From contig CBDEUS010000002.1 in assembly GCA_965243395.1 (NCBI GenBank), forward strand, positions 896,001 to 960,000: a stretch of 64,000 nucleotides of DNA, read 5' to 3'. Positions 1-9,787 of the stretch are shown piece by piece (positions within the stretch are counted from its first letter, which is position 1; each line of letters begins with the position of its first letter). The DNA comes from Gammaproteobacteria bacterium. Lineage in GTDB: Bacteria > Pseudomonadota > Gammaproteobacteria > UBA4575. The notes under the pieces were generated by a model. The model searched no databases and was not told the origin of the DNA. It saw only the letters and a list, made by a program, of their open reading frames with translations. Both the position numbers and the translations under genes were made by a program.

Positions 1-1
1 C

Positions 2-787
2 GATGAGCGAGTTGGCTTTTTCAGTTTTATTGGCAGTGCCAAAGTGGGCTGGATGCTACGCTCAAAATTAGCACCCGGTGTGCGTTGTGCACTTGAGCAT
101 GGCGGTGCAGCCCCCGTAATCGTTGCCGAAGATGCAGATCTTGATCTGGCCATACCAAAGCTGGGTAAGGGTGGCTTTTATCACGCAGGCCAAGTGTGTG
201 TGTCCGTTCAGCGTATTTTTGCGCATACAAAGGTTTTTGATTCAGTTGTAGAAAAACTTTCGACTTATGCACAACAACAGCGGATTGGTGATCCAACTCT
301 TGAAGAAACCGAAGTAGGGCCATTGATTCGCCCAGCTGAACTGCAAAGAATCGAAACATGGGTGAACGAGGCTAAATCCGAAGGTGCTGAATGCAGTATG
401 GGTGGAAATGCCATAAGCGAGACTTGTTATGAGTGTACGGTGTTATCAAAACCTTCGTCCGAAAGTAAAGTGAGTACCGCAGAAATTTTTGGGCCTGTTG
501 TGTGTGTATATGATTATGAAGATATAGAACAAGCTTTACAGCAAGCCAACGCATTACCGTTTTCTTTCCAGGCCGCAATGTTTACCAGCAATATTGATAC
601 GGCTATGCATGTGTATAAAAATATCGATGCTTCAGCAGTAATGCTGAATGATCACACTGCATTTCGTATCGATGGCATGCCGTTTGCAGGGCTAAAACAG
701 TCAGGTCTTGGCGTTGGTGGTATTCCTCACACCATTGAAGATATGCAAGTGAATAAAATGCTTGTGATGCACTCACCTAATCTCTAA
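2..787 (+). CDS. Aldehyde dehydrogenase family protein, 5'-truncated by window edge
   Basis: Frame open from base 2 (DERVGFFSFIGSAKVG). ALDH motifs: FIGS, ALEHGGAAP (catalytic Glu region), GQVCVS (catalytic Cys), EIFGPV, PFAGLKQSGLG. Confidence 0.93.
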   Translation, partial: DERVGFFSFIGSAKVGWMLRSKLAPGVRCALEHGGAAPVIVAEDADLDLAIPKLGKGGFYHAGQVCVSVQRIFAHTKVFDSVVEKLSTYAQQQRIGDPTLEETEVGPLIRPAELQRIETWVNEAKSEGAECSMGGNAISETCYECTVLSKPSSESKVSTAEIFGPVVCVYDYEDIEQALQQANALPFSFQAAMFTSNIDTAMHVYKNIDASAVMLNDHTAFRIDGMPFAGLKQSGLGVGGIPHTIEDMQVNKMLVMHSPNL

Positions 788-799
788 TCAAGTATCCAT

Positions 800-2425
800 T
801 TGATCATGAAAGAAGATATCGAAGCTACAGGGTTCGATGTTTTGTTTAATGCTGCTTTAAATAAAGGCACATCATTTACCGAAGCAGAACGGAAAAAATA
901 TAAATTACGTGGCCTGTTACCTCCTGGGGTATCCGATCCAGATGTTCAATTAAATCGTGCCTTGCAAAATATGCGTCGTAAACATTACGACATTGAACGT
1001 TACATTTTTTTATCGGCATTGCAAAGTAGAAACGAAAGACTGTTCTATCGCTTAATTCTAGAGAACATCCAAGAGGTTATGCCGTTAATTTACACGCCCA
1101 CGGTTGGTCAGGCATGCAAGGAGTTTGCTGCAATCTTTCGGCAACCAAAGGGAATTTATATTACAGCCGAGGACCGAGGAAATGTGTCTGAGATATTAAG
1201 CAACTGGCCGGAAGAAGATGTGCGTGTGATCGTTGTTACGGATGGTGAGAGGATACTTGGCTTAGGTGATCTGGGAGCAAATGGCATGGGTATTCCAATT
1301 GGCAAACTTGCTTTATATGTCGCTTGTGCCGGAATTCAGCCCAATCAATGTTTACCAGTGATGATCGATGTGGGAACAAATAACCAGGAGATGCTGGATG
1401 ATCCACTGTATTTGGGCCTGAGGCACAAAAGAATACAGGGCGAAGAATATGATGCACTTGTCGATGAGTTTATTAACTCTGTTCAAGCTGCCTACCCAAA
1501 AGCACTCATACAGTTTGAGGATTTTCTTACGCCCAATGCCTATCGGTTGTTAAATAAATACCGCAACCAAGTATTGTGTTTCAATGATGATATCCAAGGT
1601 ACCGCAGGCGTTGCTTTAGCAGGTGTATATGCCTCCACTAGAATTTCAGGTCTGGCTTTTAAAGATTTACGCATAATGTTTCTCGGCGCGGGCTCTGCCG
1701 CAACCGGAATTGCTGACTTAATAACCTATGCTTTTCAAAAAGAAGGGTTCTCAGAAGATGAAGCAAGAAAAAAACTATGGTTTGTCGATATCAATGGTTT
1801 AGTCGTTCAGTCACGTGATGATTTGCTACCACATAATTTACCCTATGCACACGATCACCCTACCGCAGATTTCATTTCGGCCATTAAACAAATTAAGCCA
1901 CATGTATTAATCGGCGCTACAGGATTTCCAGGAACATTTACAGAAGAGGCCGTGAAACTCATGGCTGAAATCAACCAACGGCCCGCTTTGTTTGCGCTAT
2001 CAAATCCAACTTCACGCGCAGAGTGTACAGCGGAACAAGCTTACAACTGGACCCAAGGACGTGCGATTTTTACGAGTGGTAGCCCATTTGATGCCGTGCA
2101 ATATAAAGATCACTATTTCAAACCAGGTCAGGGTAACAATGCATACATATTTCCTGGCATTGGTCTAGGTGCAGTTGTAAGTGAGGCTTCCAGGATATCG
2201 GAAGATATGTTTTTAGTCGCAGCTAAAACACTTGCAAATATGGTGAGTGAAGAGGATTTGTCTGTGGGAGCAATTTATCCCCCATTACAAAATATTCGTG
2301 ATGTCTCGTTGCAAATTGCAGTAGCAGTTGCCGAAGAAATTATCTCAAGTAAATTAGATTCAATTCGAAAAGTAGATAATTTGCAGCAGAAAATTGAAGA
2401 GTATATGTATCAACCTGCTTACTAA
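800..2425 (+). CDS. maeA: NAD(P)-dependent malic enzyme (large SfcA/MaeA type); ATG at 806 is an alternative start
   Basis: Motifs IYTPTVG, VTDGERILGLGDLG, QFEDF, FNDDIQGT, GAGSA, ALSNPT, GQGNNAYIFPG. Confidence 0.92.
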   Translation: MIMKEDIEATGFDVLFNAALNKGTSFTEAERKKYKLRGLLPPGVSDPDVQLNRALQNMRRKHYDIERYIFLSALQSRNERLFYRLILENIQEVMPLIYTPTVGQACKEFAAIFRQPKGIYITAEDRGNVSEILSNWPEEDVRVIVVTDGERILGLGDLGANGMGIPIGKLALYVACAGIQPNQCLPVMIDVGTNNQEMLDDPLYLGLRHKRIQGEEYDALVDEFINSVQAAYPKALIQFEDFLTPNAYRLLNKYRNQVLCFNDDIQGTAGVALAGVYASTRISGLAFKDLRIMFLGAGSAATGIADLITYAFQKEGFSEDEARKKLWFVDINGLVVQSRDDLLPHNLPYAHDHPTADFISAIKQIKPHVLIGATGFPGTFTEEAVKLMAEINQRPALFALSNPTSRAECTAEQAYNWTQGRAIFTSGSPFDAVQYKDHYFKPGQGNNAYIFPGIGLGAVVSEASRISEDMFLVAAKTLANMVSEEDLSVGAIYPPLQNIRDVSLQIAVAVAEEIISSKLDSIRKVDNLQQKIEEYMYQPAY

Positions 2426-2427
2426 AG

Positions 2428-2458
2428 TAAAACGGCAAACTGTTAGTTTGCCGTTTTA
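2428..2458. terminator. Bidirectional rho-independent terminator
   Basis: Perfect inverted repeat TAAAACGGCAAACT-gtt-AGTTTGCCGTTTTA with A/T tracts at both ends, between convergent maeA and EF-hand genes. Confidence 0.85.
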
Positions 2459-2480
2459 ATTACGTTGAATTATTTCTTTT

Positions 2481-2750
2481 CTAGCTTTCTTTATCTTTGT
2501 ATTTGCATTGTTTTTTCATTTCGTCTTCTGTTAAAACACCGTCACTATTAGCGTCTTTCTCCATAAAACGTTGTTCCTTATGGGACATGAACTCCTCTTT
2601 GCTGACTGTTCCATCACCATCTGTATCCATCATTTTCATCTTATCTTTTCCATCACCATGATGGCCTGCATTGACATGTGAAATTCCTAACGCACTAACA
2701 ATTAGCACGATTGATAAAACTGAAATTAATTGCTTATATTTGTTTGTCAT
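2481..2750 (-). CDS. Small secreted EF-hand (Ca2+-binding) protein
   Basis: N-terminal signal peptide ending VNA; two EF-hand loops DTDGDGTVSKEE and DANSDGVLTEDE; GGAG Shine-Dalgarno upstream. Confidence 0.85.
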   Translation of the reverse strand: MTNKYKQLISVLSIVLIVSALGISHVNAGHHGDGKDKMKMMDTDGDGTVSKEEFMSHKEQRFMEKDANSDGVLTEDEMKKQCKYKDKES

Positions 2751-2795
2751 TTTATTGCTCCAATACGTTGATGCTGTTTGAGTTGTAATTGTTCT

Positions 2796-2822
2796 TTAGA
2801 ATCCGCTGTTTAGCCGAAGTTC
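2796..2822 (-). promoter_or_regulatory. Sigma-E (RpoE/AlgU-type ECF) promoter upstream of the EF-hand gene
   Basis: Minus strand GAACTT-N16-TCTAA (plus-strand AAGTTC 2817-2822, TTAGA 2796-2800), matching the RpoE/AlgU consensus and spacing. Confidence 0.7.
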
Positions 2823-2841
2823 AATTTATATAGCAAAATAG

Positions 2842-3477
2842 TTAGTTTTTAGTCTTTCCTTTAAATTCACATAAATCAACAATTGAGCACTCACCGCATT
2901 TAGGGTTGCGCGCAACACAGGTATAGCGCCCATGGAGAATTAACCAATGATGTGCATGAAGTTTGTATTGTTCAGGAACAAACTTTTCAAGCTTTAACTC
3001 GACTTGAAGTACATCTTTGCCTGGAGCAATCCCAGTACGATTAGAGACACGAAAAATATGTGTATCTACTGCAATTGTAGGTTGACCAAATGCATTATTC
3101 AGGACTACGTTCGCAGTTTTCCTACCAACACCAGGTAATTTTTGCAATGTTTCACGATCACGAGGGATTCGGCAACGATGTTCATCAATTAACACTTTAC
3201 AGGTCTTGATTATATTTTTTGCTTTACTGTTATAAAGTCCGATCGACTTAATATGCTTTTTTAACCCCGTCTCACCGAGATCGAGCATTTTTTGCGGTGT
3301 ATTCGCAACCTTATAGAGCTCCTTTGTTGCTTTGTTGACACTTACATCAGTGGCTTGGGCAGAGAGTATGACCGATATCAATAGTTCAAAATTAGACTTA
3401 TGAACGAGTTCAGTTTTAGGGGCAGGGTTGGCTTTTTTTAAACGTCTGAAAATTTCACTACGCTTTTCTTTATTCAT
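2842..3477 (-). CDS. nth: Endonuclease III
   Basis: LSAQATD, HhH motif LPGVGRKTA, AVDTH, and the C-terminal [4Fe-4S] motif CVARNPKCGECSIVDLC. Confidence 0.97.
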   Translation of the reverse strand: MNKEKRSEIFRRLKKANPAPKTELVHKSNFELLISVILSAQATDVSVNKATKELYKVANTPQKMLDLGETGLKKHIKSIGLYNSKAKNIIKTCKVLIDEHRCRIPRDRETLQKLPGVGRKTANVVLNNAFGQPTIAVDTHIFRVSNRTGIAPGKDVLQVELKLEKFVPEQYKLHAHHWLILHGRYTCVARNPKCGECSIVDLCEFKGKTKN

Positions 3478-3485
3478 TTTTAGTT

Positions 3486-3878
3486 TTATCTATTTAACAA
3501 CTTATTCTTCTTACGCTCAAAAGCTAATTGTTTGGTCATTTTTTCTTTTGCAAGACGTTGATCACGCCTTTGTTTGTTTTCACGTGATAGTTTAGCAAAG
3601 TTCCTTTTTATTTCGCTTAGCTGATCATCTGATAATGTTTTACATGCTTCTTGAAATTCTGAATTAGGATTTAAATCTATACAATCTACCGGACAAGGAG
3701 GTAGGCATAATTTACAACCTGTGCAGTAAAATTTAATTACCGTATGAATTTGTTTGGATGCTCCGATGATGGCATCAAATGGACATGCTTTAATGCAAAG
3801 TGTGCAACCTATGCACTCTTGTTCGCGAATGAAGGCTATATATTTGCCTGTAGGAATACTATCTGTGTTTATAGCCAC
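3486..3878 (-). CDS. RnfB/RsxB-like 2x[4Fe-4S] ferredoxin lacking the N-terminal domain
   Basis: [19 protein letters not shown]...HTV...[16 protein letters not shown] is the RnfB ferredoxin domain; charged helical tail; lies directly upstream of nth. Confidence 0.8.
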   Translation of the reverse strand: MAINTDSIPTGKYIAFIREQECIGCTLCIKACPFDAIIGASKQIHTVIKFYCTGCKLCLPPCPVDCIDLNPNSEFQEACKTLSDDQLSEIKRNFAKLSRENKQRRDQRLAKEKMTKQLAFERKKNKLLNR

Positions 3879-3881
3879 ATT

Positions 3882-5915
3882 TTATTTCACGCGCATACCT
3901 GGTTTAGCCCCGCTATCCGGCTGCAATAAAAAGATGTCTTTGTTGCCAGGCCCAGCAGCGAGTACCATGCCTTCAGACATGCCAAAACGCATTTTGCGAG
4001 GCGCAAGATTGGCAACAACTACGGTGAGTCGCCCTTCAATATCTTCAGGTGCGTAGGCAGATTTTATTCCTGCAAAAACATTTTTTTGTATGTTGCCTGT
4101 AGGCTCGCCAAGATCTAATGTTAATTGCAAAAGTTTATCAGCACCTTCAACATGTTCAGCTTTGACAATTTTAGCGACTCTAAAGTCGAGTTTAGCAAAA
4201 TCATCAAACGTGATTTCGTCGCTGATTGGATCGCTGGCAACAGGTGCTGTATCTTGTTTTGAATCTTCTATCATTTTATCAATTGAATCTTTTTCTATTC
4301 GTGTAATCAAGGGTTTAAATTTATTAATTGTATGACCCTCAGGGAGAGGTTCACCGTTATAAAGTCTTTCCCAACTAAATTCTGTATTCAAAAATACTTC
4401 TGATTTGGCAGCCAATTCAGGTAACACTGGTTTTAAATAACCAATCAGCAAACGAAACATATTTAGTCCAAAGCTACATACCTGATGCACTTCGGTTCTG
4501 TTGCTGTCTTGCTTTATTTTTTTCCAAGGTTTATGAGCATCGATAATCTGGTTGGCAATATCTGCAACTGACATTATCACGCGCATAGCTTCGGAATATT
4601 TTCGTGACTCGTAATACATTTTAATTTGATTATTTTTTTCAACAGCCAAATCAAATGCATGTGTACACTCATCATTAAAACTTGAAGTAAGTTTGGCATC
4701 AAACTTTTTAGTAATAAATCCGGCACAACGGCTGGCAATATTTACGAGTTTACCTACAACATCACTATTTACGCGTTGTTGAAAGTCTTCCAAATTAAGA
4801 TCGATGTCACTAACTCCTGGTCCTAGCTTGGCAGCAAAGTAGTAGCGTAAGTACTCGGGATTTAAATGCTCTAAATAAGTGCGCGCTTTAATAAATGTGC
4901 CACGTGATTTCGACATTTTCTTGCCATCTACGGTAAGAAAGCCATGGCAAAAGACTGCAGTGGGTATTCGGTAATCAGCGCCATGTAACATTGCTGGCCA
5001 AAACAACATGTGAAAGTAGGCGATATCTTTACCAATGAAGTGATACACCTCGGCATCACTATCAGGATTCCAATAATGATGGAAATCTTTCCCACCGTTG
5101 TTAGATGTGTTGTCAATGTATTGTTGTAAGCTTGCCATGTAACCAATGGGAGCATCTAACCATACGTAAAAATATTTTCCTGGTGCATCAGGAATTTCAA
5201 ATCCAAAGTAAGGCGCGTCACGTGAGATATCCCAATCTTGCAAGCCCGAATCAAACCATTCTTTTAATTTATTTGTGATTTCAGGCTGTAAATTATCTTG
5301 ATTAATCCATTCTTCCAAAACATCTTTAAAATCATTCAGTTTAAAGAAATAGTGTAAATTCTCTTTTTGGATGGGTGTTGCACCGCTTACAGAAGAATAG
5401 GGATTAATTAAATCTGCGGGTGTATAGGTTGATCCACATACTTCACAATTATCGCCGTATTGATCTTTTGCATGACATTTTGGGCATTCACCTTTAACAA
5501 ACCGATCGGGAAGAAACACATTTTCTTTTGGATCAAAGAGATCAGTTACTGTTTTGGTTGTGATATGACCATTATTTTTTAATCGTTCATAAATAGTGGT
5601 GGCGTGCTTTTTATTTTCTTCTGAGTGGGTAGAGTGATAATTATCAAATTCGATTAAAAAATCAGCAAAATCTTTTTCATGTTCGAGTTTCACTCTGGAA
5701 ATCAATTCTTCAGGCGTAATTCCCTCTTGCTGCGCGCGCAACATAATGGGAGTGCCATGCGCATCGTCGGCACATATATAAATACAGTCGTGACCACACA
5801 TTTTTTGAAAACGTGACCAAATATCGGTTTGTAAATATTCGACTAAATGACCGATATGAATAGGGCCGTTTGCGTAAGGCAATGCACTGGTGACAAGGAT
5901 AGTTCTTTTATTCAC
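3882..5915 (-). CDS. metG: Methionine--tRNA ligase
   Basis: [12 protein letters not shown] (HIGH), zinc-knuckle cysteines, KMSKS, C-terminal tRNA-binding domain. Confidence 0.98.
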   Translation of the reverse strand: MNKRTILVTSALPYANGPIHIGHLVEYLQTDIWSRFQKMCGHDCIYICADDAHGTPIMLRAQQEGITPEELISRVKLEHEKDFADFLIEFDNYHSTHSEENKKHATTIYERLKNNGHITTKTVTDLFDPKENVFLPDRFVKGECPKCHAKDQYGDNCEVCGSTYTPADLINPYSSVSGATPIQKENLHYFFKLNDFKDVLEEWINQDNLQPEITNKLKEWFDSGLQDWDISRDAPYFGFEIPDAPGKYFYVWLDAPIGYMASLQQYIDNTSNNGGKDFHHYWNPDSDAEVYHFIGKDIAYFHMLFWPAMLHGADYRIPTAVFCHGFLTVDGKKMSKSRGTFIKARTYLEHLNPEYLRYYFAAKLGPGVSDIDLNLEDFQQRVNSDVVGKLVNIASRCAGFITKKFDAKLTSSFNDECTHAFDLAVEKNNQIKMYYESRKYSEAMRVIMSVADIANQIIDAHKPWKKIKQDSNRTEVHQVCSFGLNMFRLLIGYLKPVLPELAAKSEVFLNTEFSWERLYNGEPLPEGHTINKFKPLITRIEKDSIDKMIEDSKQDTAPVASDPISDEITFDDFAKLDFRVAKIVKAEHVEGADKLLQLTLDLGEPTGNIQKNVFAGIKSAYAPEDIEGRLTVVVANLAPRKMRFGMSEGMVLAAGPGNKDIFLLQPDSGAKPGMRVK

Positions 5916-6127
5916 AGATATTCTTATTTACTAAAACAATTTGATAACAAATCTCGATGCTGTTTCTAAAGCGCTGGCTACCTTAACAGTTCAGCTATAA
6001 AACCGCTATTTTGCATTTGATTGTAGGGCTTTCAGCTACTCAAATAGGGATCTTTGCTGTCTATTCTGGCGTGATATAGTACTTACTAACTCTATATTTA
6101 CCCCATAATTTTAGGAGAATAAGAAGC

Positions 6128-7216
6128 ATGGCCGAGCTTACCAAAGAGCAAGTAGAAGCTGTACTCAAAGACATCCAAGATCCAAATATTGGCAAAAATT
6201 TAATGGCGAGTAATGCTGTTAAAAACATTGAACTCGATGCAGGTAACGTCAATGTAGAAATTAAGCTAGGCTATCCGGCAAAAAGTATTGCAGAAGATCT
6301 TGCAGCTGAAATTGAAGGCGCTATTCGCGAAGCCGGGGCAGAAAATGTTCAAGCAGATGTTGGGTGGACGATCGAAGCTCATTCTGTACAAAAAAGCCTC
6401 AAGCCGCTTGAAAATATTAAAAATGTAATTGCTGTTGCTTCAGGAAAAGGGGGTGTAGGTAAATCCACTACTGCTATTAATTTAGCATTAGCTCTTTCAA
6501 TGGAAGGCGCGAGCGTTGGAATTCTGGACGCCGATATTTATGGTCCGAGTCAGCCACGAATGTTGGGAATTAGTGGGCAACCAAAATCTAACGATGGTAA
6601 AAGTTTAGAACCAATGGAAGCACATGGCTTACAGGCAATGTCCATCGGGTTTCTAATTGACGAAGAAACCCCAATGATTTGGCGTGGACCTATGGTGACT
6701 CAAGCTTTAGAACAGTTGCTAAATGATACTCAATGGCGCGGGCTCGATTATTTAGTGGTTGATTTACCTCCAGGTACAGGAGATGTTCAACTTACTTTAG
6801 CGCAAAAAATACCTGTTAGTGGTGCCATCATCGTGACGACCCCTCAAGACATTGCATTGCTGGATGCACGCAAGGGATTGAAGATGTTCGAGAAAGTAGA
6901 AGTACCCGTGTTAGGTGTAGTTGAAAATATGAGTATTCATATTTGTAGTAAATGTGGGCATGAAGAACACATTTTTGGAGAAGGCGGCGGAAAAGCAATG
7001 GCTGAAGAATCTGGAGTCGAGATGCTGGGTGCATTACCACTCGATATTCGTATCCGTGAACAAGTTGATGGAGGTAACCCAAGTGTAGTGGCAATGCCAG
7101 ATACGCGTATTGCAGAAATTTATCAAGAGATTGCACGTAAGGCAGCAGCAAAACTTGCAGTTAAAGGAAAAGACTACAGCGCTAAGTTCCCTAAGATTGT
7201 CATTCAAAACACTTAA
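6128..7216 (+). CDS. apbC: Iron-sulfur cluster carrier ATPase ApbC/Mrp
   Basis: SGKGGVGKST, DADIYGPS, WRGPM, DLPPGTGD, CSKCGH; divergent from metG as is typical. Confidence 0.96.
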   Translation: MAELTKEQVEAVLKDIQDPNIGKNLMASNAVKNIELDAGNVNVEIKLGYPAKSIAEDLAAEIEGAIREAGAENVQADVGWTIEAHSVQKSLKPLENIKNVIAVASGKGGVGKSTTAINLALALSMEGASVGILDADIYGPSQPRMLGISGQPKSNDGKSLEPMEAHGLQAMSIGFLIDEETPMIWRGPMVTQALEQLLNDTQWRGLDYLVVDLPPGTGDVQLTLAQKIPVSGAIIVTTPQDIALLDARKGLKMFEKVEVPVLGVVENMSIHICSKCGHEEHIFGEGGGKAMAEESGVEMLGALPLDIRIREQVDGGNPSVVAMPDTRIAEIYQEIARKAAAKLAVKGKDYSAKFPKIVIQNT

Positions 7217-7231
7217 TCGTTCGATTCAAAG

Positions 7232-7714
7232 TTGTCTAGGTTGAAGTATCATTTAATAGCAAATGTACTTATTTGTTTTACAATACTGCTCCTATCAGGT
7301 TGCGGAACATTAGATAAACGTTTAAACCCTATTCAACCAAAAGTATTTATTGGCGATATTGAACTAGAAGACGCAAATTTATCAGGAGTCACTGCACTGC
7401 TCACGCTAAACATAGAAAATCCAAATGACTTCGCTTTAAATGCAAAGGGTTTGGACTACACAATGAGTTTGTCGGGAACTAATATTCTGAGCGGAGAAAA
7501 CCAAAATAATATGTCTGTTCCAGCATTAGGTAGTGGCAAAATTGAAGTGCCGGTACGGATATCTTATGCATCACTATTGGAAACTATTCCGAATGTTATG
7601 CAAACGGGTGTGGCTTCGTATAATTTTTCAGGCAATATTCATACACGTTTGTTTAAAGTACCTTTTGATAAAACCGATGAGTTAAAATTACCTTACGTAG
7701 GTGACTCAAATTAA
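7232..7714 (+). CDS. LEA type 2 (WHy domain) lipoprotein
   Basis: Lipobox LLSGC; NPNDF motif typical of LEA_2. Confidence 0.8.
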   Translation: MSRLKYHLIANVLICFTILLLSGCGTLDKRLNPIQPKVFIGDIELEDANLSGVTALLTLNIENPNDFALNAKGLDYTMSLSGTNILSGENQNNMSVPALGSGKIEVPVRISYASLLETIPNVMQTGVASYNFSGNIHTRLFKVPFDKTDELKLPYVGDSN

Positions 7715-7741
7715 AGATTAATTTATTTCTGATTTAGTTTT

Positions 7742-8308
7742 ATGGCAATAAAATCTGACCGTTGGATCCGCGAGATGGCGGAAAAGTATGGCATGATTCA
7801 ACCATTTGAAGCTGGCCAAGTGCGTGAGAATGGCCATGGTCGCATGATTTCATATGGCACATCGAGTTACGGCTATGATGTGCGTTGTGCCGATCATTTT
7901 AAAATTTTTACCAATATAAACTCTGCTATCGTGGACCCAAAAGGGTTTGATGAAGATAGTTTCGTTGACGTACGTGGAAGTGAATGTGTAATTCCACCCA
8001 ACTCATTTGCATTGGCTAGTACCATTGAATATTTCCGCATTCCACGTTCAGTGCTGACGATTTGTTTAGGCAAATCTACCTATGCGCGCTGTGGCATCAT
8101 TGTAAATGTCACACCGCTTGAGCCTGAATGGGAAGGGCATGTCACTTTGGAGTTTTCCAACACTACACCATTGCCAGCAAAAATTTATGCCAACGAAGGT
8201 GTTGCGCAAATGTTGTTCTTTGAATCCGATGAAGTTTGTGAAACTTCATATAAAGACCGTGGCGGGAAATATCAAGGTCAAAAAGGCGTAACACTACCAA
8301 AAGCATAA
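7742..8308 (+). CDS. dcd: dCTP deaminase
   Basis: [38 protein letters not shown]. Confidence 0.97.
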   Translation: MAIKSDRWIREMAEKYGMIQPFEAGQVRENGHGRMISYGTSSYGYDVRCADHFKIFTNINSAIVDPKGFDEDSFVDVRGSECVIPPNSFALASTIEYFRIPRSVLTICLGKSTYARCGIIVNVTPLEPEWEGHVTLEFSNTTPLPAKIYANEGVAQMLFFESDEVCETSYKDRGGKYQGQKGVTLPKA

Positions 8309-8366
8309 GTGAGCACATGAATGTGTGAAAATGAAGTCCATCAGGGATGATGCAACAAATTAAAGT
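8308..8366 (+). repeat. Twin-hairpin 3'-UTR element, copy 1 (CsrA-type GGA loop)
   Basis: 44/59 nt ungapped identity (hand-aligned) to the minus strand of 37185-37243. Hairpins GCACA-TGAA-TGTGT and CATCA-GGGA-TGATG; begins at the dcd stop codon. Confidence 0.75.
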
Positions 8367-8378
8367 TAGGTGATTTCA

Positions 8379-8408
8379 AAATGTCCGTAATCGGCAAATA
8401 GCGGTTAT
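8379..8408 (+). repeat. Imperfect palindromic site, left border of putative gene cassette
   Basis: AAATGTCCGTAATCGGCAAATAGCGGTTAT; 22/30 ungapped identity to 9788-9817 in direct orientation. Confidence 0.6.
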
Positions 8409-8449
8409 ACGTTAAATAAGATTCTGATTCTAACTCTAAAGAATTGCAC

Positions 8450-9628
8450 CTAATTTAATGCTTGTTCAAGATCAGCCCACAGGTCTTCTACATCTTCCAG
8501 TCCAACAGATATACGAACCATACTGTCAACGATGCCGCGCTTGGCACGCTCATTGGGAGTTAAATTAATATGTGTAGTTGTGATAGGTTGAGTTACAAGA
8601 CTTTCCACACCACCAAGGCTGGGAGCAATAGAGAAAAGTTTTAGTCGATCGACCACATTCGCAGTATCTTGTGCATCTCCATCGATCACAAAACTAATCA
8701 TACCGCCAAAGCCTTTCATTTGAAGTTTAGCTATGCTGTATCCAATAAAATCAGGCAGGCCTGGATAATTTACTTTGTTAATTCTAGGATGCTCAACCAA
8801 TCGTTTGGCAAGTATTTCTGCGGCCGCATTATGTGCATTCACCCGTACAACCAATGTACGTAAACTTCGTGCTAATAAATATGCAACTTCAGGTGCCATC
8901 ATCTGACCAAGGTTCTTACGCCAAGTCCAAATAGGAGTAAGTAATTCAGTTGGCCCTATCACTGTTCCTCCAGTTAAATCGCTATGGCCGCCCAAATACT
9001 TTGTGGTGCTATGTATCACGAGATCTGCACCTAATTTTAATGGCTTCTGGTTAACTGGAGTTGCAAAGGTATTATCTACCACCGTGAGAACACCATGTTG
9101 TTTAGCAACTGCTGCTATCGCTGAAATATCCAATATTTCCATATTTGGATTCGTTGGTGTTTCAAAAAAGATGATGCGTGTATTGTTATTTATAAACTCG
9201 CTGAGTTTGTTAACCTCATTGCCTAATATGAAAGTAGTGTTAATACCCAGATCAGGTAAATTAGTATCGAGTAATTCATATGTACCGCCATATACATCGC
9301 CAATACATACAATGTGATCATTAGACTTACAGTGAGCTAAAAAAGTAGCCGATTCAGCAGCCATACCGGAGCTAAAAACCCAGGCAGATTCACCACCTTC
9401 AATTGCGGCAAGTTTTTTCTCCAAAGATTGAATAGTTGGGTTTAGACCATAACGAGTGTAAAGGCTGCCTTCCACTCGCCCTTCCACCACATCAAGTACG
9501 CTTTGCGTGTCGGGAAAGCCAAACGTAGAGTGATTGTATAGTGGTGTAAAAATACCGCCACGCTCGTCTAACGAGTCTCCCTTATGAATACACTTCGTAG
9601 CTAGACCCAAGTTGGTTGATTTCTTCAT
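8450..9628 (-). CDS. Cys/Met-metabolism PLP enzyme (cystathionine gamma-synthase/lyase family)
   Basis: YTRYGLNPT, FSSGMAA, ETPTNP, DNTFATP, HSTTKYLGGHSD (PLP lysine), SLGGVESL, RISVGLED. Confidence 0.93.
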   Translation of the reverse strand: MKKSTNLGLATKCIHKGDSLDERGGIFTPLYNHSTFGFPDTQSVLDVVEGRVEGSLYTRYGLNPTIQSLEKKLAAIEGGESAWVFSSGMAAESATFLAHCKSNDHIVCIGDVYGGTYELLDTNLPDLGINTTFILGNEVNKLSEFINNNTRIIFFETPTNPNMEILDISAIAAVAKQHGVLTVVDNTFATPVNQKPLKLGADLVIHSTTKYLGGHSDLTGGTVIGPTELLTPIWTWRKNLGQMMAPEVAYLLARSLRTLVVRVNAHNAAAEILAKRLVEHPRINKVNYPGLPDFIGYSIAKLQMKGFGGMISFVIDGDAQDTANVVDRLKLFSIAPSLGGVESLVTQPITTTHINLTPNERAKRGIVDSMVRISVGLEDVEDLWADLEQALN

Positions 9629-9787
9629 GGCATTATCCTTAAGCGACGTTGTACACGTTCATATTAAGATCGAAAACACGTGATTTAGAATAGTGTAGAC
9701 AGTGTAGGATACTAAATAAACCTATCGCCCCCAATGGGGGTTAAATAATAAAAAATTGTTCAAGCGGCTAGGAATATTGAGAAAGTT

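Noticed and set aside
8350-8450. Possible integron attC site (GTTAAAT / ATTTAAC cores near the lyase gene end)
   Set aside because: No correctly placed RYYYAAC..GTTRRRY pair enclosing a long bulged hairpin, and no intI. The 30-bp direct repeats describe the region better.
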